From: Antechinus flavipes
Lineage: Eukaryota
Reading direction: 5' to 3'
Length of the DNA stretch: 64,000 nucleotides
Assembly: GCF_016432865.1 (NCBI RefSeq)
Contig: NC_067402.1
Location: 116,994,001 to 117,058,000 of the forward strand
Part shown: one piece after another, positions 25,241-38,690 of the stretch
How the letters are laid out: each line of letters begins with the position of its first letter
How positions within the stretch are numbered: position 1 is the first letter of the stretch
Made by a program: the position numbers and the translations under genes
Notes under the pieces: model-generated
Seen by the model: the letters and a program-made list of their open reading frames with translations, nothing else
Database searches by the model: none
Told to the model about the DNA's origin: nothing

Positions 25241-27379
25241 GCCCCAATACATCCTACCTTACTCCTCCCTTCCAGTTTTACGAGATGCTGCTTCAAGTAG
25301 GTGAAGAAGTAGTTTGTGGGAATGTTCTGATAAATATTTTTGTTTTGTTTTGTTTTCCTTTGTTTTAAGGAAGAGGAATTCATTAGCATTGTTATAGTTA
25401 ACAGGAAAATGGGAAGAGATCAAAGAATAGTGAGAAAGTGGGGATATTGAGTGAGGGGATCTATTGGAGAAGACTACATGGTGCAGGGTCAAAGGTGCCT
25501 GTCTGTGCAGTGTTCTGGATGTTTGCTTTGGTCACTCATTCAGTCAACAAGCATTTATTAAATACTTGATATGTGTAAGACACCATGCAAGGTACTGAGG
25601 ACACAGATGCAAAAAATACAATCCCTGTCCTCAAGGAATTCTCATTTTAATAATTTGAGCTTTCCCTTCTCTAAAGAGATGTGAGATAGAAGTGAAGTGA
25701 AGGAGCAGATAATAGAAAAAGATGTCTGAACAATGTGAAATGAGGAAAAAGGGAACTTCTCTTCCATCCCAAATCGATTGATATTTTTCCTTACTTACAA
25801 TTTAGATTGCTAAATTGCAACTGAGAGAAAAGTTATATCACTTAAAATCAGGAGCTTTTACTCTGAGCATGGCTCAGGTTCATTACTATGGAAGAGAGGC
25901 AATATGAGGTAGTACATAAAGGGCTGACCTTTGAATCAGAAAAAGCTGGTTCAGGTGCTTCCTCTGACTATGGGCAGGTCATACCTAAGAAATTTTTGAA
26001 ACTTACAGATGAATTTCTGATCTGCATTGATGATTGCGTTTCCAAATCTATAATATGTTATATATCAGTGAAATCCAAGGGCCATACTGAAGGGAGATAA
26101 AGGGAAGAAAGAGGAGAAAAGGCCTGCACAAGCTATTCAGATCTCTTTGTAAATCAGTTTCTTTTAAGAAAACTGCTATATAATAATTGTAAAAAAGGGA
26201 GGAAACAAACTTTTAAAAAGTATCTATTATGTACTAGTTAAGGTCTTTACAAATATCTCATTTTGTAATGAAAACACATAATGATCTGTCTTTTAAGATC
26301 TATCAAAATGTAAGTCATTATTATTATACTAGCTGGGGGAAAAAACTAATTGAAAGGGGAAAAAAAGGCCTTTAATGTTTCCAATTCATAATTATCTATG
26401 TCCTGCTGTTCCTAGCGGGCTAGGGGTGGCACTTTTGAATATGCACTTCTTAGAGACCATAGAACTTTGGGCATGGATCTTGCCACCTGCTGTGAAAGAG
26501 TCCTAATGTAGAATCCCCTCATAGCTTACTCCTCCTACTCTATTCTAAGACTTTCTCTTGTTAGCAAGCCTGAACTTAGCTTCCCATCCCTTCTTATGAT
26601 TGTCTTGCTAGGAGAGAGCCTTCCATCTGCCACCCTCCACATTGAAATGGCCAGAGACTTCTAAACTGCTCAGGGTTGGGACAGGCAAGGTACTGAAGTG
26701 GCAATGCTACATAATCTCTAGGATGTAACAATGAAAACAAATCCTCTTTGAGAACCCAATGAAAAACAATATAAATGTAGATTTTAAACATGGTACCAGG
26801 GGATGATGGTGTTCAGTAATCAGTGAATCAAACCTTTGGTTTGACAGCAAATTAAAATTTGCCTGATGCACCATAGGTCTATATGTTACTACAGTCATTC
26901 TTCCTACATCTATATTTAGCAATAGAGTCAGTCATCACAGACTCTTAAGACAGATAAGCTGACAGAATGCTCAAGTTGCAAGTCAGTTTTCTAACAGAAA
27001 AAGGTCATGCATGAATGAATCATTTAAATTATTTTCTGTGTTTAGTTTCTTATTTTTAAACTACCAATATTATTTTCAGATTATTTAAAAGTCTATTAAA
27101 ACATGTTGGACTAGGTACTATGGGTCATAAGTATGGAACAAGAAGAGATGAGGAGAATTGTTCAATAAATGACAGTTAATTCTACTTAATATTCTTTATC
27201 CTACCAGTGGGGGTAAAATATTTATTTAAATTTGATTCAACAAATATTAAGTATCTTCTTTATACAACCCCCCCCCCACTATTCTAGACCCTGAGCATAC
27301 AAGATAAAAAAATCATATTCCTTTAACATAAGAAACTTACAATCTAGTAAGAGGATAAGATATCTATGTAAATATTATA

Positions 27380-27584
27380 ATTTTTGTTATTATTGTTCAA
27401 CTATGCTTGATTCTTTGTGATCTCATATGGGATTTTCTTTTCAAAGATACTGGAGTGGTTTGCCATTTCCTTCTCCAGTATATTACAGCAAACAGTCACC
27501 CAGCTGATTAGTGGTGGAAGCCAAATTTGAATTTGGTTTGATCCCAGACTCATTGTTCTATCCACTGAGCCACTTAGCTGCCTT

Positions 27585-27585
<1 letters not shown>
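27380..27585 (-). mobile_element. MAR1-like SINE (core deleted)
   Basis: caaagatactggagtggtttgccatttccttctccag...ccactgagccacttagctgcc. Confidence 0.75.
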
Positions 27586-27587
<2 letters not shown>

Positions 27588-27634
<47 letters not shown>

Positions 27635-27658
27635 ATATTATATATATATATATATATA
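27588..27658. repeat. Interrupted (TA)n microsatellite
   Basis: Read directly. Confidence 0.97.
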
Positions 27659-28559
27659 AAGATCAGGTCATATAAGAAATCAAGCATGGTACCTTGGGAT
27701 GGTCAAAGAGAAAAGGATCACTTGTGGCTTGAACAAAGAAGTGATCAGTTTATAAGCATTTATGAAGCACTTACTATAATGTCAGGTACCATACTTAACA
27801 CTGAGTATACAAAGAAAGGATATTGTTTCTGTCCTTAAGGACAGAATATTCTAATTGGATACATACCTGTGTATATACAAGTCATATATAAAGAGAATAT
27901 AATCTTGGAGGAAAAACACTAGCAGTCAGAGGAATGGATGCCTGAAGAAAATAAAATTTAAGTTTCCTTAAAGAAAACCACGGGAGTTAGGAGGCAGAAG
28001 TGAAGATGCATTACAAACACAGGGATGTAATGCAGGCATGGGGTTTGGCCATGGTATGGTGTTTGGGAAGAACTACAAGTATACCAGAGCATTTGGGCTA
28101 GAGTAAGTTGTGTCTGATTGGTTCCTGTAAGAGGAGCTTCCACTCTTTCCCAAAGAATAGAAACTTAATGAGAACTGAAATAAGCATTGTGTAGTATTCT
28201 ATAACTAAGGCTTTTAAAATGAGAGACATCCCAGCATAATGATCAGAGAGCTGTCTTCAAAGCCAAGATTTGTTTCAAATCCAGCTTCTGCTACATACTT
28301 ATTTTGTGACAATGGGAAAGTAACAACCTACAATTCTCTAGGCAACTTTCTAAGACTATAAATTGTAAAAATTATAAGATTGGTTTCTATTCTTATAAAT
28401 GTTAGGTAAAATATGGAGGAACTTTTTATTTGTTTAATCTTAGTCCATTCTAAGACCTGTTATGCTTTATTGCTTTTGTTATTTTTCCCCTCTATAGATA
28501 TGGTTTGTTTTACTTATACTAAGTTTGTTCCTAAAAAAATTTGATGTAAACTAAATTTA

Positions 28560-29620
28560 AAAAAAAATTAAACTTTAATTGTATTTGAAGGGTGACTTGA
28601 TATTTAGAGGATATACTTGTAACTGGGTCAATATCAGGAATATGAACACCTTTGTGTGTATATGAGGTAGAACAGAGGAGTAGGTTATATGAATTGAGTA
28701 GGTAGAGGAATTAGGAAGTTAGTATTTTTGAAGATATATATACTGAGGTCTCCTTATATGAGGATGGAAGTCAGGCTATAGAAACTAGGTACTGAACTCT
28801 TTCAGGAAGGAAAGGGAATATCCTGGAGGGTTGGCATATATTAGCTACTAAAATCTGCATTTGTTGGTAAACTTAGATTAAATGAATCTTGAAGGGGGAA
28901 AAGATTCTAAGATTATTCAGTGATGAGGAAGGAGAGAGAGAGTCTGGAAATGGCAATGAAGAACAAAGAGTATTCCAATTCCCCTGCTGTGACAAGTGAA
29001 TCAAGAGTATGAATTAAAGGATAATACTGGAAAGGATGGCCTGAGATGCCATGTTCTCATGTAGGAGCAAAATCTTAGAAGCAGAAGGTGGAAGGAGTAT
29101 AAAAAGAAAAAAAATCTAAGATTTAAAGCAAATTTGCTAATTATTGAGTAGGCATTTCAAAGAGCACAGTGGGAAAAGTGAATAAATTTGAACTATTAGT
29201 GGAAGATTGAGAAATGTAGAAGTAAGGGAAAAAGCAACAAGAGATGATTAATAGAGGTTGTACAGGAATTCATATAGGAATGAGGAATTCAAAATCACTG
29301 GGATGAGGAGAGTAGAAAATTTAGGAGTATACCAATTATGAAGAAATGAATTCAGGTAGAGTATTAGTAGCTGGAGAGAGGTCTCTTGAGGGAGATAAGT
29401 GATTAGATTGTTCAAGAACTTCCTTGAATGTTAAACTTGATGACAGTTGATGATGTTCTCAAGTTCAGGAACAGGAAAGTGTAGACAAGGTATAGGAGTG
29501 TCTGGAAAGTAGAAAGAAGCTGAAAGTACTAGGTGGCTCTGGTTGGGCATTCCTGGTTCTTTGGAGAACAAGAGAAAGAGGGTGATGTCAAAAAGTGGAA
29601 GGATCTGAATCCAGGGCTGA
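28560..29620 (-). mobile_element. L2 LINE ORF2 remnant
   Basis: Purine-rich antisense L2 pattern (ggtgatgtcaaaaagtggaaggatctgaatccaggg). Confidence 0.55.
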
Positions 29621-31500
29621 CACAAAGCTACCTAGAAAAACCATGAATCAATGGGTTTGATCATCAGAACCCAATTATTTTCACCCAGAATAGCCACAAG
29701 ATAAGTTTTGTATGATTATTTGCAAATATCTATATCTATCTATTTATCTATATATCTAATGATTAACTAGAGAAATTATTTTTAAAATATGATTGGCTCA
29801 GTGGACCTCATCACTAATACTTTGCGGACCATTCAGAGCAGTTTAATGTAGTGAAAAGAACACTAGATTTGGGTATTTTTTTCCCCAGGTTTGTTGCTAA
29901 CTAGCTGGGCAGTCACTTATTTTTTCTAAATTTTAATGCCTTATTCTGTAGAACGGATGGATTGAATTGAATTAGCAATTTGGTGTAGTAGAAAAGATAC
30001 TAGATTTGGAGTAAAAGACCAGGGTTCAGATCCTAACCTGCCCACCACTTTTGTGAGTTTGAGCAATCTGAAATATATTATGTCTGAATTTCCTCTTCTG
30101 AAAAATATGGGGCTTCAATGATGTCAAAATTCTATCCCATATAGATACCTTATGATCCTAAATCTTTCCTCATGGGAGGGCATAGGTTGTTATGAGGGAG
30201 GAAGCATCCTATTCAGAATGAGTTCAGAAGTCCATTCCAAGTAAAATTTTACAATTTGATTTTCATGTGTCACTAATGACCTATTTTTAAAAATGTCTTC
30301 AGTATATTTTTTGCTTCTTTGCATTACACAAATTCACATCACCCATTTCTTTGCATATTTTTTTTGCAGACAGATACAGGTGCATTTGTGTACATTACTT
30401 TAAATCTCCTAATTAAGCTTCACATTTTCATATTTTCATGATGAAGCTATATATTTTCATTACCTTATCGTTTTAGTTCATATTTAATCAAGTTACTCAC
30501 TAGTTGTTGAAAACAACACATGGAACATTGGCTGCCCCAGACTTCTGATTGCATATTCTTGAACTTTATAGTTTTTGACAACTTCTTTAAATGATCTGTA
30601 TGGTACTTGAAATTTGTAAGTAAACTTTAGCACAGTTAACCATTAAAACTATCAGCTAAGCTTCATAGGCAGTTGATAACTCTTAAAGGAATTCTAACTA
30701 TAGCACTTAGTATAATATACATACATATTTAATGAGTGCTAGTTCTCACTGATACAATACTTCAGAGCTTAGAAAGTATTATTTTTACAGGAACTCCCAA
30801 GTCAGTTAGCTCAAGTAATGTTATCTCTTTTACAGATAAAGGAAACTGAGGTCTAAAGATTTAAAGTAAATCTTCTAATCTCATACAGTTTTTAAATGAT
30901 AGAGCCAGACATCATTTATATCTCCTCATTTTGACAGATCTTTATCTGTTATATCTCCCTTAAACACAGAGATAGTATCTTTCGTTTTATCGAATTTAGT
31001 GGTTCAATGTTTGCATCCTGTTTTGTACTATACTGGTAAATCACTTAAACTAACTTTTATTCTCTGTAAAATGGAGACAATAATAATACTTTCCTTACAG
31101 TATTGTTGTGAAGATAAAAAGTTAATATAGCACTATGTAAATGTTACCTATTATTGTTTCCCCAGATGCAACAGCTTATTTAAAATGAATTTAAAAGTTG
31201 GGCTTGCCATGGTCACATTCAGTATTTTCTTTCTTTCTCTTTTCTTCTAATTTGGAATTGGTTGTGGATTTCATTCTACCCACTCAGTGATCTAACTGCA
31301 CAGAGAAAGCTGATTCTGAAATAGCTATTTTATTGGCAGTCTGTCATTTCTTGTCTGTCAAGATAAAATCAATTGCATTGTTGATGATATTCTTCAGTGC
31401 TTACCACATGCAGTACTTTATAAATCTTCTTGAAGAAATTACTTATGATGTAGTTGAGTTCCAAATCTATGTATCCAGTTTTCTTTCTCACCTGAAGCAC

Positions 31501-32905
31501 TTTGCTGTACCAATAATGGGCTGCTAGGCATTTTCATTTGGATATCTTATAGCTCCCTCAGACTCAACTGGCCCCAAAGTGAATTCATTGTCTTTCACCA
31601 GCCCTTCTCTTATTTTTCCTTATTTCTTTGTAGGGTATCACTATCACCTAAATTCACAATACTGGACCATCTTTTTCTTTTCCTACTCCTTTACCCACCT
31701 ACTGGGCAGTTGGTGATTTAGGGCTGGATTTCAAAAGAGAGATGAGAATTGGATTTATAGAAGTAACTTGCATAAAGATGATAATTGAATACACATGATG
31801 ACATTTATTAAAATATCAAGATGAATATGGTATCATTACTCCATTAATATATCAACTCGTTGGTCTTTGGACCAAAAGGACATATTAACAACACCAGCAG
31901 TTAAACTACTGTGAATAGAGAAGATAGAGTTATTTGGTTCTTGAAATCCTCTTCTCTCTTTTCCAATCATCTGCCATAAGGACCATAGAAAGTAGTAGCA
32001 ACTCACATTAATCTTGCACTTAGAATTTGTAATGAACTTCATATACATCATCTCATTTGAACCTTACAAGAATCTTTTGAGAGATGTGTATAAACACTGG
32101 ACCTATGATTTCATTGATGCTTCCATGGACAAAATGAGAGAACTCATCTATGCTAGATTACTGATTGTTAAGGGACTTGCTTGAAATCACACAGCCAGCT
32201 TGTATCAGGAAGTTTGGATTCAACCCCAAATCTGCTTGCTTCTGAGTTCAACTCTTCATCCACTATCTACCACAATGTTTCCACCTGTAAGAAGTAGATA
32301 TTACAGGCATATCATTCTTATCCATTACTTAAGAAGAACAGCTGTTTTGTTTCTTTGTTCTTTGTATTCACTTAGTCTGGCATAGTATGTTGCCCATGGC
32401 ATACTTGTTGCATTGACATTTCTAAATGATGACAGAGACTCTGTGAGGTCACATAGCTTGGTACACATTTAAGAAATGACAGAGGTGGGATTGAAACATG
32501 GGTCTCCCTGACCCTTAAGTCCAACATTCTTTTCACTAGGCCATCCTGCCTCTAATTCTGAAAAAGAATGATTTTTTTTTCCTTCAGTAAATTTTTTGTA
32601 TCTTTTTTCCCCATTTGGCCAATTCTGGTTTTTAAAGGTGTTGTTTTAATGAAATTTAGTCTTTTTCCATTTGGTATAGTTTGCTCTCTCATTTAAAGTG
32701 CCTTTCTGTACCACTAATGTTCTGCTGGGCATTTTCATTTGGATGTCTTGTAGCCCTCTCAGACTCAACAAGCCCCAAAGTGAATTTGCTGTCTTTCACC
32801 CCAAAACCAGCCTTCTCTTAATTTCCTTATTTCTTTGGGCATCACTATCATTTAGGTACACAATACCAGATTATCTTTTTATTTTCCTACTCCCTTACTT
32901 ACCTG
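31501..32905 (+). repeat. Direct duplication of a ~200-bp L2-like segment: 31501-31702 and 32703-32905
   Basis: Shared idiosyncratic sequence (ggcattttcatttggat, ctcagactcaac, gccccaaagtgaatt, ttcctactcc), roughly 80% identity by eye. Confidence 0.85.
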
Positions 32906-33310
32906 CCACTCAGGATTGTGACCAGATCTGAGTATGGGGCAAAGCAACAAAGTCCTGCCTCAGTGCTTACAGAGGTCTGTTTAATCTTCTGATGCATTGT
33001 TTGACCCTCTTATGATCTGTTGGCTGAGAGATCTGGAAGCACCCATGACACTGCCATTCATGATTCAGTGGCTCTCAATGCCTACTTCTAATTTACTGGG
33101 CCTGCACTGAACTATGTTCCACTCTCACCCAGATGCCTCAGACCTTTCCTGCCAACCTTATAAATTGTTTTTGGCTGGAAAAGTATTTCACTCTCTCCTT
33201 TAAGGGGTCTTCCTGCTCCAGGTTTTGTTTTAGGATATTATTTTAAAATGTTCAGAGAGGTTTTGAAGAGAGCTGAGTCCCTATCTTTTCTCAACTATCC
33301 TGTCTTTGCC
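32570..33310 (-). mobile_element. L1 5'UTR/ORF1 fragment interrupted by a duplicated L2-like segment
   Basis: 33170-33300 resembles the L1 5' end at 51440-51600; 32570-32700 resembles antisense ORF1 (ccatttggccaattctggtttttaaagg). Confidence 0.6.
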
Positions 33311-36300
33311 TTATGAGAAAGTAGTTTTTTAACTGCTGTTGAAAATAACATCTTTTGTGTGTACACTTTGAAGTAGTTGGTTGGCCAGTGTGTCTGACTA
33401 TTGTAATGCAAATTCACCTTTGTAGGGAGGTGACAGCAGGCTGAATATTTGGTGATGCTATTCAACATATGAATTTCTTTTAACCAAAAGTCTTATGGCT
33501 ATTGGGAATGTTTTTACCTGTTTAGTAAGTTACATTGTTGCAACCAAATGGTTAGATTTACATATTTTCATTTGGAAAATTTTGATTCTTAGTATTGAGG
33601 AAGTTTATACTCTCATAATTAGCTACCTTAACTTTCATAGGATCATCAGTTTAGAGTTGGAAGAGATCTTAGAGATGATTAGATCTAATACTGTTATTTT
33701 ACAGATGAGGAAACTGAGGCAAACAGGGTTAAATGATTTACTCAGGGTCATACAACTATTAAGCATCTGAGACCCAGAGTAACAGCTATTCCTAATTTGA
33801 AGCAGGATTTGAGCTAAAATCTTTCCATCTCCAGGTCTAGTGATCTTGCTGCCTTAGCTGCCTCCATTTTGTTTAGTCCTGGGTAGAATTCCATGTTACA
33901 GGATACAGCTGTCTCCTAGCCATCTAGATGACTTTCAGGAAGAAAATCAAATCTGTTAGTTAATCTCTTAGTGACAACATTCAGTTGTCTGCCAAAGAAG
34001 AGCCAAGACTAAAAAGATGCTTATTTGGCAGACTGTAGGAGTGTTATCTAAAACTGAGAACTCTGGAATCTGCCAGAAAATAAGAGTACAAATTAAAAGG
34101 AAATACAAAAGCCTGTAGCCAAGGGGAGGACAGGAGCCATACAGAGAACTTCATGCTTTACTAAGCAAGTGGAATGGGTGCAAGAATGGTTTTATTAGCA
34201 GCAAATGTGGCCTTGTTCATTGAATATGAACAGGCTTATTAGCAACTCTAATGAGTGATCTTTTCTTTATCCCTAGTCATAATGACAAGAAAGTCAGAAG
34301 TCAGGTGATAGTTACTGGGACTCACCCACCCAAAAGCAGAAGCTGTGGGATAACTACTACCCTTGGTTTAGCCAGCACTGAGAGCAGATCAGCAGTTGGA
34401 CAGAGAATGCTTTATGCACGCAGAGCCAGCATTTGATTTTTTGTTTGGGGAACAGAATGATGGAAAGATTCGAAGTGTCAAATAAACCCCTTCAACTTTA
34501 AAATGCTTTGTTTTGGTGCTTCTGTTTAAATATGTGCTTGATATTCTAAGACTTCATGACATTTTATACTATAGGAGTTTTATAGGAGATAGAGTATGAG
34601 ACTTACTGTCAGGGATTCCTGAATTTGAATTTTGCTCCAGGTACTTATTAGCTGGATGATCTTAGGCAACATCATTCAGCCTTAGTTTCCTCATCTTTAA
34701 AATGGTGATAATAAATGCATCTGAGTTATTCTGAGGATCAGTAAGATAACACATATAAAACACTTTTCAAACCTTAAAGTATTATCTATGTGTTATTGTT
34801 TTATCCTCCTCATTACGATTTTTTTTTATTTAATGTGCATGGGGTACTTCCTGGTATAGACATTTCCTCCACTGATGCAAATAGGCAACTCAATTAATTT
34901 ATAATCTTAGTTGTGTGGAGCACTGAGAAATTAAATGACCCCCTTATAAAGAAGCTCATTGTAACCCAACTGGAAAGTCAGAGACAGATTTTAACCCCAA
35001 GACCTTACTCCAAGTATAGCTCTTTAATCATTGGTAGAATATAAGTTCCTTGAGGACAAGGAATCTCTCACATTTATTTATATTAACATCCACAGAGCCT
35101 AACTAGCGTCTGATAGGTACTTAATTAATGTTTATTGATCAATTTATAGTCCATAATGTCTTAGGTTTCAGCATTTGATTTTATAAATCAACTCAGAACA
35201 ATCATGCATGGTTATTCATTATTTCCATACTGTACTTCCCTCTCCTCTTGTTGTAGAGAGTTCTCTACAACAAATATAGTGGTAAAGAGACCAACAACAT
35301 CATTATTTGGGTGTGTTCATTGGTTCAGCAAAATTTTCATTTCTTTTCTTTTCTAAGCTTGATTATGATCTGTCATTTCTCTCTCTGAGAGTGAAGAATG
35401 TTTTAAAGAACCTTCTCTAACTACTGAATATCTGTGTGGGGCAGAGAAGTCCTTTATTTCTAGCTTCTGCAAACTCTAATCTGTACTTGAAGTAATTGCA
35501 TGTAGATGTTATAAGTCATAGGATTTAAAATCAGATGTATCTGATATTATCTTATCCACCCCATCATTTGAAAATGCAGGAAAATAAACCTACAAAAGGT
35601 CAAAAGATTAGTTCCTAGTGATGATAACAAGGTTGGAATTCAAACTCAGTTCCTCTTCCTTAAAACAAAGTGTTCTTTCCAAAATATCATAATTTCTTCT
35701 AATATGAGCAAGAGTTAATTAAAAAAAAGTAATGATTTTATAAAGAAGCTGGAAGTTAGACTTGCAAAGAGAAACCTGTAGCAGAACATTTTCAAGACAA
35801 AATACAAAAGAAAAAGATCACCAGTATTTTGCTGCTCTTTGTGAAAGGAGGTACTATGGTATAAAGAATACAGACAAATGAATAAATTGTTTGGTCTTGA
35901 TTAGTGGAGACGTGGTTTGAATTCAAATCTCACTTCTGATATTGAATGTCAATATCCTACATTGACACCTAAGCCACCCAAATGGTGGAACAGAGTGCTA
36001 GATCTAGAGTCAGGAAGATGAGTTCAAATCCTGCCTTGTATATTTATGAGCTTAAGACATTTGCAAACCTTAAAGCTGAATATAAATGTCAGTGATGATA
36101 AAATGACAAGTCATTTTTCTATGACCCAACTAATTTTCTATCACTTATCTATTGTATTGCAAGTATTTGCCAGTTTTGTAGAAGTTGTAATCTGTACTGT
36201 TGGAGTGATTTTTTTTTTTTTTTGTAAAACCCACAAAAGGTCTTTAATGACTTTTTATTTAAGATATCATGCTACTAATCTTTAAGCATTAATGCATTCA

Positions 36301-37075
36301 TGAACAGGCCTGGAAATTAATGAACTCTGGTTTCCCATGGATTTTCTCATTAACTTCTCTTCTCTATTCTCCTTGTCTTCCTTACATCATTGGTGACATC
36401 CAAAGGCGTGTTATAGATCAACCTGCTGGCATTGTCACCATTTTTCAGCCATCGTTATAGATTTAAAGAGTTGTCTTAATTTGGAACTTTCATCAAATTT
36501 AATTGAAATGTCCATGTAGAATTAAAATAATTCAAACTGTATATTCACAGTGTAAGCAACTGTGAAGCAGCAAACAAAAAAAATGCAAAAGTTAGGTATG
36601 TAAAACAGTACTTGAATTCTGGTACACAGTTTCTTTTTATTGGGTTGAGACAGCATAATTTTTAATAGAAAAAAAAACAGAATTTGTGCAAGAAGATCTA
36701 AGTTTGACTTACTACTTAGAAACTATGTGACCTTTGACAACCTATTTTGTGTAGAGGTAGGTGACTCAGTGGCTAGAGAAGGACTCTAGTCAAATCTGGC
36801 TTCAGATTTTAATTTCTGTGACCCCGGACAAGTCACTTGATCTTTGTTTTTTTCATTTGCAAAATGATAATAATATAACATCTTCAAGAAGTGTCCTGAG
36901 GGCAAAATGAAATTACATTTGTATTTTGCAAACTAAAAAGTATGAGCTACTGTTATTGTTATTGTTAGGATGATGCTAATATCTCTAAACTTTAGTTTCT
37001 TCATTTGTAAAATGATAATTGCGAAAGTGTCTTCAGATATAATGGAAAGAACACTGGCTAAAGAAAATAAAGAAA

Positions 37076-37332
37076 GGTGGGAGTGATAATGTTTGAAATC
37101 TCAGCTATCAGGGAAGCTGTGGCTGGAGGCTCTCTTGATCTTAGAAGTTTGGAGTTGTACTAGGCTATGCAGATCAGCAGTCCTTACTAAATCTATACTG
37201 GGGTGCCTAAGGAGGGGATAGCTAACCCAGACTGGAAATGGAGAAGTCAAAGATCCTGTGCTCTACAGCTGTGCAACCAGGCTACTGAGACCACCTATAT
37301 TTCAGCCTACATAAAGAAGGGAGACTTTGCTT
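37076..37332 (+). pseudogene. 7SL (SRP RNA)-derived retroposed copy, P7SL-like, with purine-rich tail to ~37410
   Basis: Colinear with remembered 7SL: ctcagctatcagggaagctgtggctggagg, ggctatgcagatcag, gcctaaggagggg, ggaaatggagaagtcaaa, tttcagcct...gagactttgc. About 35-40 nt of the S domain is missing. Confidence 0.85.
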
Positions 37333-37629
37333 AAAAAGAAGGAAGGAAGGGAAAAAGAGGAAGGGGGAAAGAAAGGAGAAGAAGGCAGAAAGAGAAGGAG
37401 AAAGAAAGGAGGAATATTGGCTTTGAAGTCAAAGAAATTGGAAAAATCTGCCTCTCTTATTTATTAAATGTAGAGATTGGAATAAATTGACTTTGGGGGT
37501 CTCTTCTAATGTATAACCCTGTGATTATCTGGGAGGAAATAATTAAAAGAGATAAAGTATCTAAAGATTTATGTATGTGTGTTTGTATGTATACAGACAT
37601 GTATATGTCTACTCTGTGTGTATTTGTAT

Positions 37630-37875
37630 GTGTTCTTGTTCAGCTGTTCAGTCATCCAACTCTTTGTGATCCTGTGGACATACCACATTAATACTTTCCA
37701 TGGGATTGTCTTGGCAAAGATATTAGAGTGTTTTGCTATTTCATTCTCTAATGGATTAAGGCAAACAGAGTGTAAGTGATTTGCTCAGAAATATACAGTT
37801 AGCAAATCTGAGGTCAGATCTGAACTCAGGTCTTCCTGACTCCAGACTCAATACTCTATCATCTGAGCCACCTAA
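37630..37875 (-). mobile_element. MAR1-like SINE
   Basis: gttcagtcatccaactctttgtgatcc...ggcaaagatattagagtg...gactccagactcaatactctatc. Confidence 0.8.
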
Positions 37876-37882
37876 TTTCCTT

Positions 37883-37886
<4 letters not shown>

Positions 37887-37922
<36 letters not shown>
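37887..37922. repeat. (AC)n microsatellite
   Basis: Read directly. Confidence 0.97.
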
Positions 37923-37925
<3 letters not shown>

Positions 37926-38224
37926 TGCACACATGCACATGCACATATATTTCTATAACGTGCACACATATAATATATAGCAATTTACATACATGTGTAT
38001 GTATATTTATACAAATATATACTTACATGTACATAAAATATATATGCCAATTTTTATTTTGTTGCTATCATATAATCTAAGCAGTTCTTAATGTATAGTG
38101 CTCCAATAGTATATTAGTGATCAGAAAAAAAAAATTAAGTTTTGATTTTGTCCTTCAAGCTTGTGAAGGTAAATAAAGATACTCCTACTCTCTTATATTA
38201 TGGTTAAATCACATATAGTGTATT

Positions 38225-38690
38225 GGGTTCAAGTCTAGACACCACATTTTAGGAGCACATTGATAAATTGGAGAGCATTTAGAAAAAGACAACCAGAATG
38301 GAGAAAGGTCATTGAGTTCATGCCCAAAGGAAGCTTGAGTTAAAGAATTGGAAGTGTATAAAAGAGAATGAGTAGCTATAAAATATCTGATTTCAAAAAT
38401 TTGAAAGACATAGGCATTAGATTTTATTTTATTAAGTGCAAGAAAGTGGTCTACCAAATCAGGACCAATGGGTAGGAATTATGAAAGGGCAAATTTAAGG
38501 TTGATGCCATGAAAAATCTCCTGACAATGAAATTATTCAGAAGTGGAATGGGCCATCCCAACTGTTGAAAGGAATTGATAAGTATGTTCTTTGTTGGATA
38601 GATTTGGAGGGAATTCTTTTTCAGGTGTGAGTTGCACCAGGTGAGCTTTGACAGTCTTTCCAACTCTGAGCATCTAGATAATTGTGTTAT
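38225..38690 (+). mobile_element. L3/CR1 LINE 3' fragment
   Basis: caccacattttagg...attgataaattggagagc...cagaatgg and ctttccaactctgag 3' end. Confidence 0.7.
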
